From: an uncultured cyanobacterium
GTDB lineage: Bacteria; Cyanobacteriota; Cyanobacteriia; Cyanobacteriales; Nostocaceae
Length of the DNA stretch: 64,000 nt
Direction of reading: 5' to 3'
NCBI GenBank assembly: GCA_963740315.1
Contig: CAVUDP010000002.1
Location: forward strand, 704,001-768,000
The notes beneath the pieces are model-generated. The model was given only the letters and a program-made list of their open reading frames with translations, ran no database searches and had not been told where the DNA came from. Both the position numbers and the translations under genes were made by a program. This document shows positions 19,231 to 29,615 of this stretch, in pieces; position 1 is the stretch's first letter; every line of letters begins with the position of its first letter.

Positions 19231-21347
19231 AACAAAAATTACAAGAAAAAACAACTCGGTTAATACAGGTAACTCATCAATTACGAAGTGAAATTAATCA
19301 ACGTCAGCAAAGTCAGCAAGCATACCGTCAAGCTTCGATTGAATTAGAAAAACAAGTTGCATTGAGAACGGCCGAACTTCTCAAAGTCAACCAAGAATTG
19401 AGCGTAAGCCTCGAAGAACAAACTGTTTTTGAAGAGGAATTACGTCAGCAAAACGAAGAATTATTGATTGCTCATGAAGACGCAAAGTTACAGCAACAGC
19501 GTTATGAGAATTTGTTCGAGTTTGCTCCAGATGCGTATTTGGTGACTGATGCCAATGGAAAGATTCAAGAAGCTAACCGTGCAGCTAGCATCTTGCTTGT
19601 TGTATCCCGAAAATATCTCATAGGTAAACCCATATTTGTTTTTATTGCTAAGCGCGATCGCAAAAGCTTTCGTACTCAAGTCAACTTGTTGGAGCGGGTG
19701 GAGGATTGGGAATGTTATATACAGCCACGGAAAAGCACGCCTTTTAATGCCACAATTACCATTACCAGCATCCATAACTCAGAAGGTAAGCTAGTGGGCA
19801 AGCGCTTGATGATTCGCGATATTACCGAACGCAAGCAGGCAGAAGAGAAGATTAAACAGCAAGCCGCTTTACTTGATATTACTACAGATGCAATCATGGT
19901 TTGCAATTTGCGTATGCAGATATTGTTTTGGAATCGGGGAGCGGAAAGTTTGTATGAATGGCTGGAAAAACAAGCTATAAACCAGAATATTCAAGAAGTT
20001 TTAAATAAAAACAATTCGTCTCAACTTGAATTAGCTTTTGTTAAAGTCTTAGAAGATGATTTTTGGCAGGGTGAGTTGCAGCAAGTCACAAAAAACGGTA
20101 AAGAGATAGTTGTTTACAGCCGTTGGAATTTGATGCGCGACGAAGAAAATAATCCACAATCAATTTTGATAGTCAACACCGACATTACCGAGAAAAAACA
20201 ACTCGAAGCACAATATTATCGAGCGCAACGTCTGGAAAGCCTTGGTACCTTAGCTTCCGGTATTGCTCACGACCTAAATAATATCCTATCTCCCATACTT
20301 ACAGGCACTCAACTACTGCTACGTAAACTTCCCGATTTGAACGAACAAAATCGGTTTATTCTCAAGATGCTGGAAGATAACTCCAAGCGCGGTGCCCAAC
20401 TTGTCAAGCAAATTACATCTTTTGCCAGGGGAGCAGAAGGCAATCGCGTTGCCATCCAATTACGGCACCTAATTAATGAAATTAAGCGGATTGTTAATAG
20501 TACATTTCCGGTGGGAATCGAATTTAGTACTAAAATACCAACAAAACTTTGGACGGTACAAGCACAGCCAACTCAAATACATCAAATATTGATGAATTTA
20601 TGTATTAATGCTCGTGATGCCATGCCTGAAGGAGGCAAGCTGAGTATTGCAGCCGAAAATCGATACATCGATCAAAATTATCACAGCATGAATCCGGAAG
20701 CAAAGGTAGGTAATTATGTGGCGATAACTGTTACGGATACCGGATGTGGCATACCGCAAGAAATTAAAGAACGAATTTTTGAACCGTTTTTCACCACAAA
20801 GGAAGTAGGAAAAGGCACGGGTTTGGGACTTTCTACAACAATTGGCATCGTCAAAAACCACGGTGGTTTTGTAGAGGTTTCCTCTCAAGTAGGTAAAGGT
20901 AGTCAGTTTGAAATGTATTTACCTGCCAGCCAAAACCAAGAAATAGAGGAAACAACTGAATCTGAGATAAGTAAAGGTAACGGGGAATTAATTCTGGTTG
21001 TAGATGACGAAAAAAACATTCGAGAAATAACCGAAAATTCTCTTCTTACATATAATTATAAAATACTTAGTGCTAATGATGGTTCTAAGGCTTTTTCGCT
21101 GTTTGCTAAATACAAACATGAAATTAGCTTAGTATTAATAGATATACAAATGCCGTCTATAGATGGGTTGCAAGTTATTAAAGTTTTGCAACGAATGAAT
21201 CCTAATGTCAAAATTATTGTGATGAGCGGAATCGAATCCAATCGTCAGCTAATAGATGCAAATGATATTAAGATAGAGGCATTTTTATCCAAGCCTTATA
21301 CCCTGGGGAAATTATTAGAAAAGATAGAAGCGGTAATAAAAAGCTGA
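19176..21347 (+). CDS. PAS-PAS hybrid histidine kinase with receiver domain
   Basis: PAS (FEFAPDAY..RDITERK), H-box GIAHDLNN, NLCINARDAM, DTGCG, FTTK, GTGLGL; receiver LVVDDE..LIDIQMP..KPY; only a weak TTG start. Confidence 0.92.
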   Translation: MFTSTVVCKKKDINLTEVEQKLQEKTTRLIQVTHQLRSEINQRQQSQQAYRQASIELEKQVALRTAELLKVNQELSVSLEEQTVFEEELRQQNEELLIAHEDAKLQQQRYENLFEFAPDAYLVTDANGKIQEANRAASILLVVSRKYLIGKPIFVFIAKRDRKSFRTQVNLLERVEDWECYIQPRKSTPFNATITITSIHNSEGKLVGKRLMIRDITERKQAEEKIKQQAALLDITTDAIMVCNLRMQILFWNRGAESLYEWLEKQAINQNIQEVLNKNNSSQLELAFVKVLEDDFWQGELQQVTKNGKEIVVYSRWNLMRDEENNPQSILIVNTDITEKKQLEAQYYRAQRLESLGTLASGIAHDLNNILSPILTGTQLLLRKLPDLNEQNRFILKMLEDNSKRGAQLVKQITSFARGAEGNRVAIQLRHLINEIKRIVNSTFPVGIEFSTKIPTKLWTVQAQPTQIHQILMNLCINARDAMPEGGKLSIAAENRYIDQNYHSMNPEAKVGNYVAITVTDTGCGIPQEIKERIFEPFFTTKEVGKGTGLGLSTTIGIVKNHGGFVEVSSQVGKGSQFEMYLPASQNQEIEETTESEISKGNGELILVVDDEKNIREITENSLLTYNYKILSANDGSKAFSLFAKYKHEISLVLIDIQMPSIDGLQVIKVLQRMNPNVKIIVMSGIESNRQLIDANDIKIEAFLSKPYTLGKLLEKIEAVIKS

Positions 21348-21353
21348 AAGGTT

Positions 21354-21421
21354 AAAGGTTTGTAGTAAGGGCTTTAGCCCCCTCCAGTTTTAGGGAACCA
21401 ATGCCGTTATTACAAACCTTT
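21354..21421. repeat. GGTT(C/T)GTAGTAAG...CTTACTACGAACC repeat family, copy 1
   Basis: Inverted arms ggtttgtagtaag / ttattacaaacc with internal palindrome. Confidence 0.75.
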
Positions 21422-21443
21422 TTACCCATCAAAAATTATGCAA

Positions 21444-22028
21444 TCAAATACTATATAGTTGCTTTCCGTTGGCTAGTTGAGAGGCAATCTGTTCGCGGTT
21501 GCTGACAAATGTATACTGTTCGTTAAAGCTACCCGACGGGCGATCGCCAATAATGTATTGACGCACTGGTATATCCGGAGCATTAATTACAATGCGATCG
21601 GATACGCGCACTGTTGTTTTTGGTGCATTGGGATCTTTTTGATCGAGTCGAGAAACTACCCACAGTTCGTTGTTTACTGCATATACATCTTGAATTTCCA
21701 GATTGTAACCAGCAGGAGCCTCAACTTCTGCGGTAATAGTACGTTCTTTCCGCTCTACTCCAGGTAAATCGACATCGATATAAGGAACATTAACGGTTTG
21801 TTGTTCCTGCACTACCACTACTTTAGGAACTGTAATGGTGCGCTTGGTTACTCCAACCTTTACATCCGGTCCTTTAATATCATATTCTGGCAATCTTCCG
21901 GGTTCTATATTTACTTCAGGTAAGCGAGCTGCTTGTTCTTTCTCGATTTGACACGATGCCAAAGGAACGAGAAGCATAATTAACGATAAACGTAAGACTT
22001 GAGGCAGGATTAAACGTTGCGATCGCAT
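21444..22028 (-). CDS. Lipoprotein, hypothetical
   Basis: Lipobox LASC; GRLPEYDIKGPDV. Confidence 0.75.
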   Translation of the reverse strand: MRSQRLILPQVLRLSLIMLLVPLASCQIEKEQAARLPEVNIEPGRLPEYDIKGPDVKVGVTKRTITVPKVVVVQEQQTVNVPYIDVDLPGVERKERTITAEVEAPAGYNLEIQDVYAVNNELWVVSRLDQKDPNAPKTTVRVSDRIVINAPDIPVRQYIIGDRPSGSFNEQYTFVSNREQIASQLANGKQLYSI

Positions 22029-22468
22029 TTTTATATTACAAGTAAACGACAGAATTAAGCTATGAGCAACGATAAGAATGCTGACAAAGAAGCGAAACTA
22101 ATTGCTTGGATACTGCAACGTTAATTACACCGTTCTAAATAATTAGTAACTATCCTATTTATAAGTATAAATATTTATTAGACATCCTTTTATATTCGCT
22201 ATATATACTAATATTAATCATTTTGGCTCAATTTACATCGCTCTACAGTTACAAACAAAAATTAACTAATTGTATATTTGATACCAAATTTTTACAATTA
22301 CGGATAAAAGCAATAGTTCTTTTAGCTTCAAGAGATCGGAATACATATCTATCTTTAGACATAGTAGTAGTCGATTGCATAATTTTTGATGGGTTCGTTT
22401 TCTCGTAAATGTCGGGAGACTATTCTGTGCTACGTCTCTACAACCCGCCCGAATTAATGTAGCTCCGT

Positions 22469-22602
22469 ACTAGTAGTCTATTTCAAAAGTTTTGACGGGT
22501 AAAAAGGTTCGTAGTAAGAGTTTTAACTCTCGCATTTAGGGTTAAATCCGAAGGGCTTAAGCCCTTACTACGAACCTATCAAATTTAATGCAATCAACTA
22601 GT
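22469..22602. mobile_element. Full-length copy of GTAGTAAG MITE/REPIN family
   Basis: ctag ends; aggttcgtagtaag ... cttactacgaacct. Confidence 0.75.
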
Positions 22603-22727
22603 GGTCAATTATATAAGTTTTGCGGCTTGGCATGAGGGAGCATCGTTGAACCCAGAATTCTCTCTTGTTTTATTCTGTCAGAGAAGCTCAAAATCTATTA
22701 ATGTAGGTTGATAAGTATGCTCAAAAA

Positions 22728-23183
22728 ATGTTTAATCAATTTACCTTGGCACAAATATCAACTTTTGCTCCCATCGGCTGGCAGGGACTTACTTTTCGTT
22801 TAATTATTGCTCTAGTTATCGGCATAATTATTGGCTTAGAACGAGAAACAAAACAAAAGTCAGCAGGACTCAGAACTAATATGCTGGTCTGTTTTGCTTC
22901 TACTTTACTGATACTTATCCCAATTGAAATTGGTGCAGTGCAACAGAGTTTAGATGTTTTAGGACGAGTTATTTCCGGAATTATTAGCGGTGTTGGTTTT
23001 ATCGGTGGAGGGACTATTTTACGTGAATCGGAAGTTAAAGGCTTAACTTCTGCTGCTACCATCTGGATGACATCTGCCCTGGGTATTGCAGTTGGTTGTG
23101 GTTTGTGGCAGTTAGGTTTAGCCGGAGCATTAGTTACTTGGATAATTTTGCGAGTGTTCGATCGATGGAAAGATTATCTTTAA
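22728..23183 (+). CDS. MgtC/SapB family membrane protein
   Basis: IGLERE, AGLRT, SGVGFIGGGTI, GLTSAATIW. Confidence 0.9.
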   Translation: MFNQFTLAQISTFAPIGWQGLTFRLIIALVIGIIIGLERETKQKSAGLRTNMLVCFASTLLILIPIEIGAVQQSLDVLGRVISGIISGVGFIGGGTILRESEVKGLTSAATIWMTSALGIAVGCGLWQLGLAGALVTWIILRVFDRWKDYL

Positions 23184-23372
23184 TTTAATTTAATTAAATA
23201 TAATATTGTTTATATTGATTCATAAAAATACAAATTAGATAACTAAATATTAACAAAAGTTAGATGCATAAATATTTTAATTATGACTTTGGATAGAACT
23301 AATAGATACGATCGGCGAATAACATAATAAGAAGCAGTCAAAGAAAAAAGCTAGAAATTATTAAACTAATTT

Positions 23373-23582
23373 ATGAGTATTACTTGTCTCGATCGCCCAA
23401 AATTTCATCAGCAGCAAAAAGTTTATTTTATTGGCGGTAGTGGCGAAGTAAAGAAACTTCAAAGAGAAGTTCATACCTGGATTTATACTGTTGAAATGCA
23501 TATGGGTTTGGAACCTGATTTTGGGCGAATAGGTGCCGAGACAACTATTCTTTTAGAAGAACAAGATATCTGTACTAATTAG
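23373..23582 (+). CDS. Small hypothetical protein
   Basis: 69-aa ATG ORF, PKF..VYFIGG.G..W.YTVEM..PDFGRIGAETTILL. Confidence 0.65.
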   Translation: MSITCLDRPKFHQQQKVYFIGGSGEVKKLQREVHTWIYTVEMHMGLEPDFGRIGAETTILLEEQDICTN

Positions 23583-24475
23583 AAAATTGTTTCAATTACG
23601 AGGTTTCCTAAAATTGGCACGAATAAACATCCTTCAATCCAAATACTGTAAACCGAACGGGGTGTTTTTGCATTAACCGTCCAGATATAGCTGATATTAA
23701 CCCCTACAGCTAAAATCATTTCTGGATAATAAGCGATCGCATTGGTTATCCATGCACCAATTATTGTCAGCAACATCAATATATTCATCGCTGTTAAAAT
23801 TATTTTTGTTCCCTTAATTCCGACCATAATTGGTAATGTAACGACACCTTTTTTATGGTCAGATTCTACATCCCGAATATCAAAAACATGGGAATTAGAA
23901 ACAATAAATACAAACATAAACAAAGTTGTTAATGCTGCTGCTAGATCGAATTTAGCTCCCGCATAAGCTATAGGTAAAGCAATAACGGCATAGGTTAAGA
24001 TACTACCAACAATCCAGGCTTTTGAACCGGGAATATCTTTCAATCGGTACCATTGCAATTCCGATTTACTTTTCCAGGGAAATAAAGGCGTACCGTAGAG
24101 TAAAGGAACAATACCGGCACAACTGACATAGCGAACTCTTAAAGGTGCATAGTAAAGAAGTAAAGCAGTAGTTGCGATCGCACAAAATAAGAAAACAAAA
24201 ATATATGGTTTTTGGAAGAATAACTGTGCTTTAGCTTCGGGGATTTTTTGGACGTAAGAGTCAAAAATGCGATCTAAATTGTAAGGAATTAAAGCAGTTA
24301 CAAAAATCAGAGCAATTGGTTGCCAATTATCGCCTAATTCCAGGACTATTTGAGTAAATAATCCTAAAGATGCAATTGCGCCAGCTACCCAAATACTAGG
24401 ATAGATAACAAAATTTAAAAAGCGATCGTATAGCCATTTAGAAACAGCATTTGATTCAAGTTTGTTAATTGTCAT
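23579..24475 (-). CDS. UbiA-family prenyltransferase
   Basis: YNLDR, RLKDIPGSK, FDIRDVESD..GVVTLP; multiple TMs. Confidence 0.85.
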   Translation of the reverse strand: MTINKLESNAVSKWLYDRFLNFVIYPSIWVAGAIASLGLFTQIVLELGDNWQPIALIFVTALIPYNLDRIFDSYVQKIPEAKAQLFFQKPYIFVFLFCAIATTALLLYYAPLRVRYVSCAGIVPLLYGTPLFPWKSKSELQWYRLKDIPGSKAWIVGSILTYAVIALPIAYAGAKFDLAAALTTLFMFVFIVSNSHVFDIRDVESDHKKGVVTLPIMVGIKGTKIILTAMNILMLLTIIGAWITNAIAYYPEMILAVGVNISYIWTVNAKTPRSVYSIWIEGCLFVPILGNLVIETIF

Positions 24476-24535
24476 TCAATTTTGGATTTGGGATTTTGTA
24501 CCCAACTGATTTTTTAGTCATTATAAAAATAACAA

Positions 24536-25285
24536 TTATTTGATTCTGACTGCAATAGTATAAGAATTTCTTTGTTTGGCTTGTCGCCTACTTCTAACTA
24601 CACGAAAATCGTTATCTATATACAAATGTTCAAATTCAGGAGTAGCACCCAAAGCTGTTTTATATTTCTTGGCAGTGCTGCTATCTAAATTTTTTAATTC
24701 CACTTGAGTATAGGTATTTGCTGTTTCTGTATTTTGAGAAGAATAAGATTTCACTACCTTAGTAAACCAATTATCTGCTTTTTCAATACTTAAAGGAATT
24801 CCTTGCCATCTTAATGCTTGTTTAATAGCAATATTTTCAATCAGCCATTCATCTTCTTTAATTTGATATTTTTGCACAATCATTAAGTCAAAAGCTAAAA
24901 ATACCGATGCTAATTTTTGCAGCCAACCAAATTTTAGCTTATTACCTGGCGCATAGCGAGCCATATTGGCATAGAAACCATCATCATGAAAAATTTGATA
25001 AGATTGCTCTGGTAAACGTCCTGGTAAAGTATCTTGAAAGGGAATTGTACTAAAAACCGATTTCCATACACCGAGAACTAAAGGTACTTGCTCTTCTACT
25101 TGAGGAAAAGGATTGCGCTGGCTTAACTCAGTAACAATAGCCGCTAAATATTCTTGATAAAACTGTACTTTTTGCTTAAGTGGTTGGCTATCTTTATCTT
25201 GAGTAAGCTGTAATAACTCTTGTTTTAATTCTTCTGTACTTTTTTGATTTAATTCTTGGGGATTTAATGCAGTATCGTCAATCAT
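24536..25285 (-). CDS. PAP/fibrillin-like protein
   Basis: LKQELL..ELSQRNP..LGVWKSVFST and HLYIDNDFRVVR resemble fibrillin/lipocalin motifs. Confidence 0.55.
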   Translation of the reverse strand: MIDDTALNPQELNQKSTEELKQELLQLTQDKDSQPLKQKVQFYQEYLAAIVTELSQRNPFPQVEEQVPLVLGVWKSVFSTIPFQDTLPGRLPEQSYQIFHDDGFYANMARYAPGNKLKFGWLQKLASVFLAFDLMIVQKYQIKEDEWLIENIAIKQALRWQGIPLSIEKADNWFTKVVKSYSSQNTETANTYTQVELKNLDSSTAKKYKTALGATPEFEHLYIDNDFRVVRSRRQAKQRNSYTIAVRIK

Positions 25286-25387
25286 ACAAAAATTCCTGAG
25301 TAATTCCGATCTATTAATCTATCTCCCTTAAAACTATCGCAACTACCCAAGTGATTTCAAATTCCTGGCAAATAAAAGTAAAGAATA

Positions 25388-25509
25388 CTAGTAGTCGTTT
25401 CATTAGGTTTGACAGGTTTGTAGTAAGGGGCTAAGCCCCAAATCCGGAGGCGCTGAAGCGCTTACTACGAACCTTTTTACCCAGCAAAACTTTTGCTCAT
25501 GAGTACCAG
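25388..25509. mobile_element. GTAGTAAG MITE/REPIN family copy
   Basis: ctagtagtc...ggtttgtagtaag...cttactacgaacc...gtaccag. Confidence 0.75.
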
Positions 25510-25519
25510 GAATCCAAAC

Positions 25520-26032
25520 TTACGCAGCAACTGGCTCTGTATAACCTTGAATATTTTCCGGTTCAAACTGACGTATTACCCTTGTCGCTTCTCTTATCTG
25601 AGCCTCAGTTCCCTTAAACACAATGATATACTTACCAGCATTCAAACGATTGCGGTAAGCCAGCGCATCACCGCTACCTACAGTCCAACCTACAGCGCCA
25701 CCAACCAAAATCGCACCCAAGCCTCCAGAAACCGCGCCTAAAATACCTCCAATCAGATGGTTTCCGATACTACCAGCCCAGCTAAAAATTTCAATTCCCG
25801 AAAGTAAATTAAAAGCATAGCCAGCTGCAAACCCGAAAGGAATAACCCAAGCAAGTTTTTTTGATTGTTTTCCAGCTTGTTTATTTGGCTGAATAAATCC
25901 AAATTCATCTGCACTTTTGTAACCTTGTCCGAGAATGTTTATTTGTTCCTTGGGGAAGTTTTCTTTTTCAAGAGCCGTGTAAGCAGCTTCCACTTGAAAG
26001 CGATCGGTTAATACAGCAATTAAATAATTCAT
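25520..26032 (-). CDS. Conserved cyanobacterial membrane protein
   Basis: MNYLIAVL..GYKSADEFG, two Gly-rich TMs, YRNRLNAGKY. Confidence 0.75.
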   Translation of the reverse strand: MNYLIAVLTDRFQVEAAYTALEKENFPKEQINILGQGYKSADEFGFIQPNKQAGKQSKKLAWVIPFGFAAGYAFNLLSGIEIFSWAGSIGNHLIGGILGAVSGGLGAILVGGAVGWTVGSGDALAYRNRLNAGKYIIVFKGTEAQIREATRVIRQFEPENIQGYTEPVAA

Positions 26033-26193
26033 AAATCAAATTTGCATTGCGACTTTAAATTAGTGAAAATCAATATAAGGTTGGAGAAACAGCATTACCG
26101 CTCCTACACTTACAAACGATATAGTTACCCAAAATAAAACTAAATTAAGTCTCATTATTTTGTATCCTATCAATTAAATTAAAAAACATTTTT

Positions 26194-26332
26194 CTTGTAG
26201 GGTGTGTGACGCACCATCGTTAAGACGGAACGTAGCAACGCCGGTTTGTAGCGTCACGCACCATCAACGATTTTTGACAATAATGACGCTACGTTAGCGC
26301 AGCGAGGCGATAGCCTTAGACCGTAAGTCCTG
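26194..26332. repeat. Repeat family with gtgacgcacc/gcgtcacgcacc core and gtaagtcct end (copies ~35481-35570, ~62908-63027)
   Basis: Shared aacgtagcaacg.cggtttgtagcgtcacgcacc core. Confidence 0.7.
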
Positions 26333-26524
26333 TACTTATTTAAACTTAAACTTGAAAATTTATTTATTTATCCCTCAGTTGAGAGAATCTGCGTCAGATT
26401 AAAATATCTCATAAGTCTAACTATAGCTAGTTGTAATCGTACAAAATTAAAGCATATGGGGTAAAAACTAACTTAACTCAGAGGGCTTCGTTAAAATAAA
26501 ATCACCTGCGATCGACAGCAAACT

Positions 26525-27130
26525 ATGACCTATACTCCGCCAAAACTTCTAACTTTCGACCAATTTATAGCAGAATACGGGGATAATCCACGCTACGAAC
26601 TTATTGATGGAGAATTACGCGACATGGAACCAACAGGTCCTCATGAAGAAGTTTCGGGGAGTATTGCTGGTAGAATCTATACAGAAATTCTTCGTTCTAA
26701 GTTAAACTGGCTAATCCCAAAAAGCTGTTTAATTAAACCACCTGCTGCTGAAGCTACAGCACTACGTCCAGATGTCATAGTTTTAGATAAAGCAGAATTA
26801 AATAACGAACCACTTTGGCAAAAAGAGCCGATTATTTGTAATGGTAAAACAATTAAACTTGTAGCTGAAGTTGTTAGTACTAATTGGCAAGATGACTATG
26901 CAAGGAAAGTAGAAGAATATGCTTTTCTTAATATCCCAGAATACTGGATTATAGACTTTCGTGGTTTGGGTGGTTTGCAATTCATTGGCAATCCGAAACA
27001 ACCTACTTTTACAGTCTGTCAGTTAATTAACGGTGTATATCAACAGCAAAAATATCGGTTAGGAGATGCAATTACATCTTATCTTTTGCCGAGGTTGCAA
27101 TTTCAACTTGATGATGTAATGCCGTATTAA
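26525..27130 (+). CDS. Uma2 family (DUF820) endonuclease-like protein
   Basis: YELIDGEL, RPDVIV, LVAEVVS, DDY..K..EY..IPEYWIID. Confidence 0.92.
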   Translation: MTYTPPKLLTFDQFIAEYGDNPRYELIDGELRDMEPTGPHEEVSGSIAGRIYTEILRSKLNWLIPKSCLIKPPAAEATALRPDVIVLDKAELNNEPLWQKEPIICNGKTIKLVAEVVSTNWQDDYARKVEEYAFLNIPEYWIIDFRGLGGLQFIGNPKQPTFTVCQLINGVYQQQKYRLGDAITSYLLPRLQFQLDDVMPY

Positions 27131-27497
27131 TGATGGATTTTTTTAAGATTGAGTAGCACACCTGATGGGGAATGAAATTTAATTTAAAGTTTGATTTTAT
27201 TAACGACTATCGACTTCATGCTACACCGATCATTGTCCACCTGCCTGTAGTAGTAGATTTATAACCCGCGCACCATCCGGGTTTTGTTTGAATAGCTGCT
27301 GCCTGCGGAGATATTAATTCTCTCAAGAAATGATTAAAAATTGGCTAGATTTTAGCAGGTTAATCCCCCTGAATAATCCTGTGGAGAATTGTATTATTGC
27401 AAATTGTGGCGAAAATTCTTTCCGGACAAAAGTCAACTTGATGGAAACACTATTAGTGGCTATAACAGTGTTTTGAGTTATACAATTAATTCTACTG

Positions 27498-28340
27498 ATG
27501 AAAAATAATAATCATCCAAAACCGTTTTGGATTGCAGTAACATTTTTACTTACTTTTGGTAGTAGTGTTTTTGTTGGCTTTCTAGCTTCTATATTTATTT
27601 CTAAGTCTTATTGGGGATATTATTTAAATCCACCTGGATTACCCAGTCAAGTTGAGAATTTTGAGAAAATTAGTTCAATTACTCCTGTTTCCAGTATTAA
27701 AAGAAATGACGGTAGCAGAATTTTTAAGATTGATACTTCAGACTCCTGCATAAAAGAAATACAGTCGGGGGCTGAAAATATTCAAAGCAACTGCGGTACG
27801 GGAAAATGTAATACAGAATATTGCGATAACAGTCGTATACTTCTATCTTTATATAAAAAAGAAAAGCTGCCGAAAAAGGCTGCCTACATTTCTCCAGACA
27901 AGCTAAATTCTTTGTATAATGACTTAGAAAAAAGCGAAGTTTTATATCAAGGCGAACCGGAATACAATGGTGAACTGGTATCGGATAAAACTAGCGGACA
28001 ACTAATATCTAAAGGTGATGGTAAGCGACTTCAAGGTATAGTCGTTGAAGCTGAAGATAAAGACAAGCAATCGTATTTATTTATAGCAGTTAATGGCGGA
28101 CAAATTAGTAACGACCATTATCCATATTACGAATTCTTATTTGAATTACCTAACTCTGAATCAACTCCCAAATTGATTGCAAGCAATCGCTTCTTTTACG
28201 AAATTGCAGGAGTTGAAGGCATTTTAGAATGGTATTCGATATGGATGTTTTTTATTGTAATTGGTTTTATTCTGAGTATTCCACTCACATTTCTACTGAT
28301 TCGCATGAAAGCACATCTAAAACCCCAGGCTTCTCACTAA
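27498..28340 (+). CDS. Hypothetical protein with N- and C-terminal TMs
   Basis: 280-aa ORF; extracytoplasmic domain with 4 Cys, SNDHYPYYE. Confidence 0.7.
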   Translation: MKNNNHPKPFWIAVTFLLTFGSSVFVGFLASIFISKSYWGYYLNPPGLPSQVENFEKISSITPVSSIKRNDGSRIFKIDTSDSCIKEIQSGAENIQSNCGTGKCNTEYCDNSRILLSLYKKEKLPKKAAYISPDKLNSLYNDLEKSEVLYQGEPEYNGELVSDKTSGQLISKGDGKRLQGIVVEAEDKDKQSYLFIAVNGGQISNDHYPYYEFLFELPNSESTPKLIASNRFFYEIAGVEGILEWYSIWMFFIVIGFILSIPLTFLLIRMKAHLKPQASH

Positions 28341-28404
28341 TTCTTTGCGTCTGCGTACCTTTGCGTGAGATGATTATTTTAAATGCGTATGTAGAGATGC
28401 AATC

Positions 28405-28854
28405 ATGTTTGCTAGCACCCAACCCAACACACCCCAACCCAAATGGCTGCACAAGCTAGATAAATTTGTCAAAGCGCATCATCTTGAATTAGCGGCGCTT
28501 TCATGGGGACTTTGGCAGCAAAATGGTAACAATGAGGGTACTATTGGTATTGATTTACTACCCTCACCGCATTTTGTCTACTGTCCGCATGACGCAATTA
28601 AGAAGTTTAACGATAATGTAGATAATAAGGTTCAGGAAATTTTAGGTTTGATAGATAATCATCAACCCGAAACAGAAGTCTTGATGATAGGTATCGGCAA
28701 AGAACAAATCAAGTTAATTTATTTTGAGCCAGAAACCCCACCACCTGTTTGTTTTAAACAAGTTAACCAAGATGTGGATAGATTAATGGATTTTTTAGAA
28801 GCGGGGATGAGTGAAGAGATAGTGGATAAACCGCATCCTCCCGGTGAAAGCTGA
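28405..28854 (+). CDS. ccmS: Beta-carboxysome assembly chaperone CcmS
   Basis: Recognised from memory: W..KLDKFVK..LAAL.WGLW, TIGIDL.P.PHFVYCP, EVLMIGIG..IKLI.F.PE.PPPVCF. Confidence 0.72.
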   Translation: MFASTQPNTPQPKWLHKLDKFVKAHHLELAALSWGLWQQNGNNEGTIGIDLLPSPHFVYCPHDAIKKFNDNVDNKVQEILGLIDNHQPETEVLMIGIGKEQIKLIYFEPETPPPVCFKQVNQDVDRLMDFLEAGMSEEIVDKPHPPGES

Positions 28855-28955
28855 TATACGCCAGCGCTTCGGGGCGAATAATAAGTAAATCTACAGTAAA
28901 TTATAGTTATTACTAATAAAAAACAGATCGCTGGTAGTACGAGCCGGAATGCTCG

Positions 28956-29215
28956 CCAGTAGTCTATTGCATTAATTCTGATAGGTTCGTAGTAAGGGCT
29001 TAAGCCCCCTCCGGATTCCGTAATATGAGGCGAAGACAGCGCTTACTACGAACCTTTGTTACCCATAAAAACAAATGCAAAGGACTACTAGTAGTGGTCT
29101 ATTGCATTAATTCTGATAGGTTTGTAGTAAGGGCATTGGTTCCCTAAATCCGGAGCGCTTCAGCGCTTACTACGAACCTTTTTTACCTGTCAAAATTAAT
29201 GAAACGTACTACTAG
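28956..29215. mobile_element. Two tandem copies of GTAGTAAG MITE/REPIN joined at CTAG
   Basis: Both copies start gtctattgcattaattctgatagg and end ..actactag. Confidence 0.8.
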
Positions 29216-29615
29216 CATTACACAAATTAAATGCGCCATAGCTTAGTGGGAGCCTCCAAGCTGGTTCTCTCTAGCGAGCAAGATGCGATCGCTACGGTAA
29301 TTAATTGAAATTACTATAAATATAAAATGCCCGCAGTCTAAAAGATTAGGAAACCAATTTACAAAGCTTGCCTGTTTGCTGAATGCAGGCTTCGATCGTT
29401 TAGCCGTATTCTTATAGAGTATTGCGACTATCAAACCCACGCTTAACCTTTTATTAACCATCCAATTACTAAATAATACTAATATAAAATTAGTATCTTT
29501 TTAACAATTAAATTACTTAAAACGGAAGTATATTAGTAATGTAAACAACAATTAATTTAGTAATGTTTCGGATAGGATACAGCTATTAAAGCAAGATTAT
29601 CTTTTAATCAATAAG

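Noticed and set aside
27180..27460. Higher-GC intergenic stretch as ncRNA or gene relic
   Set aside because: No recognisable motif, structure or convincing ORF by eye
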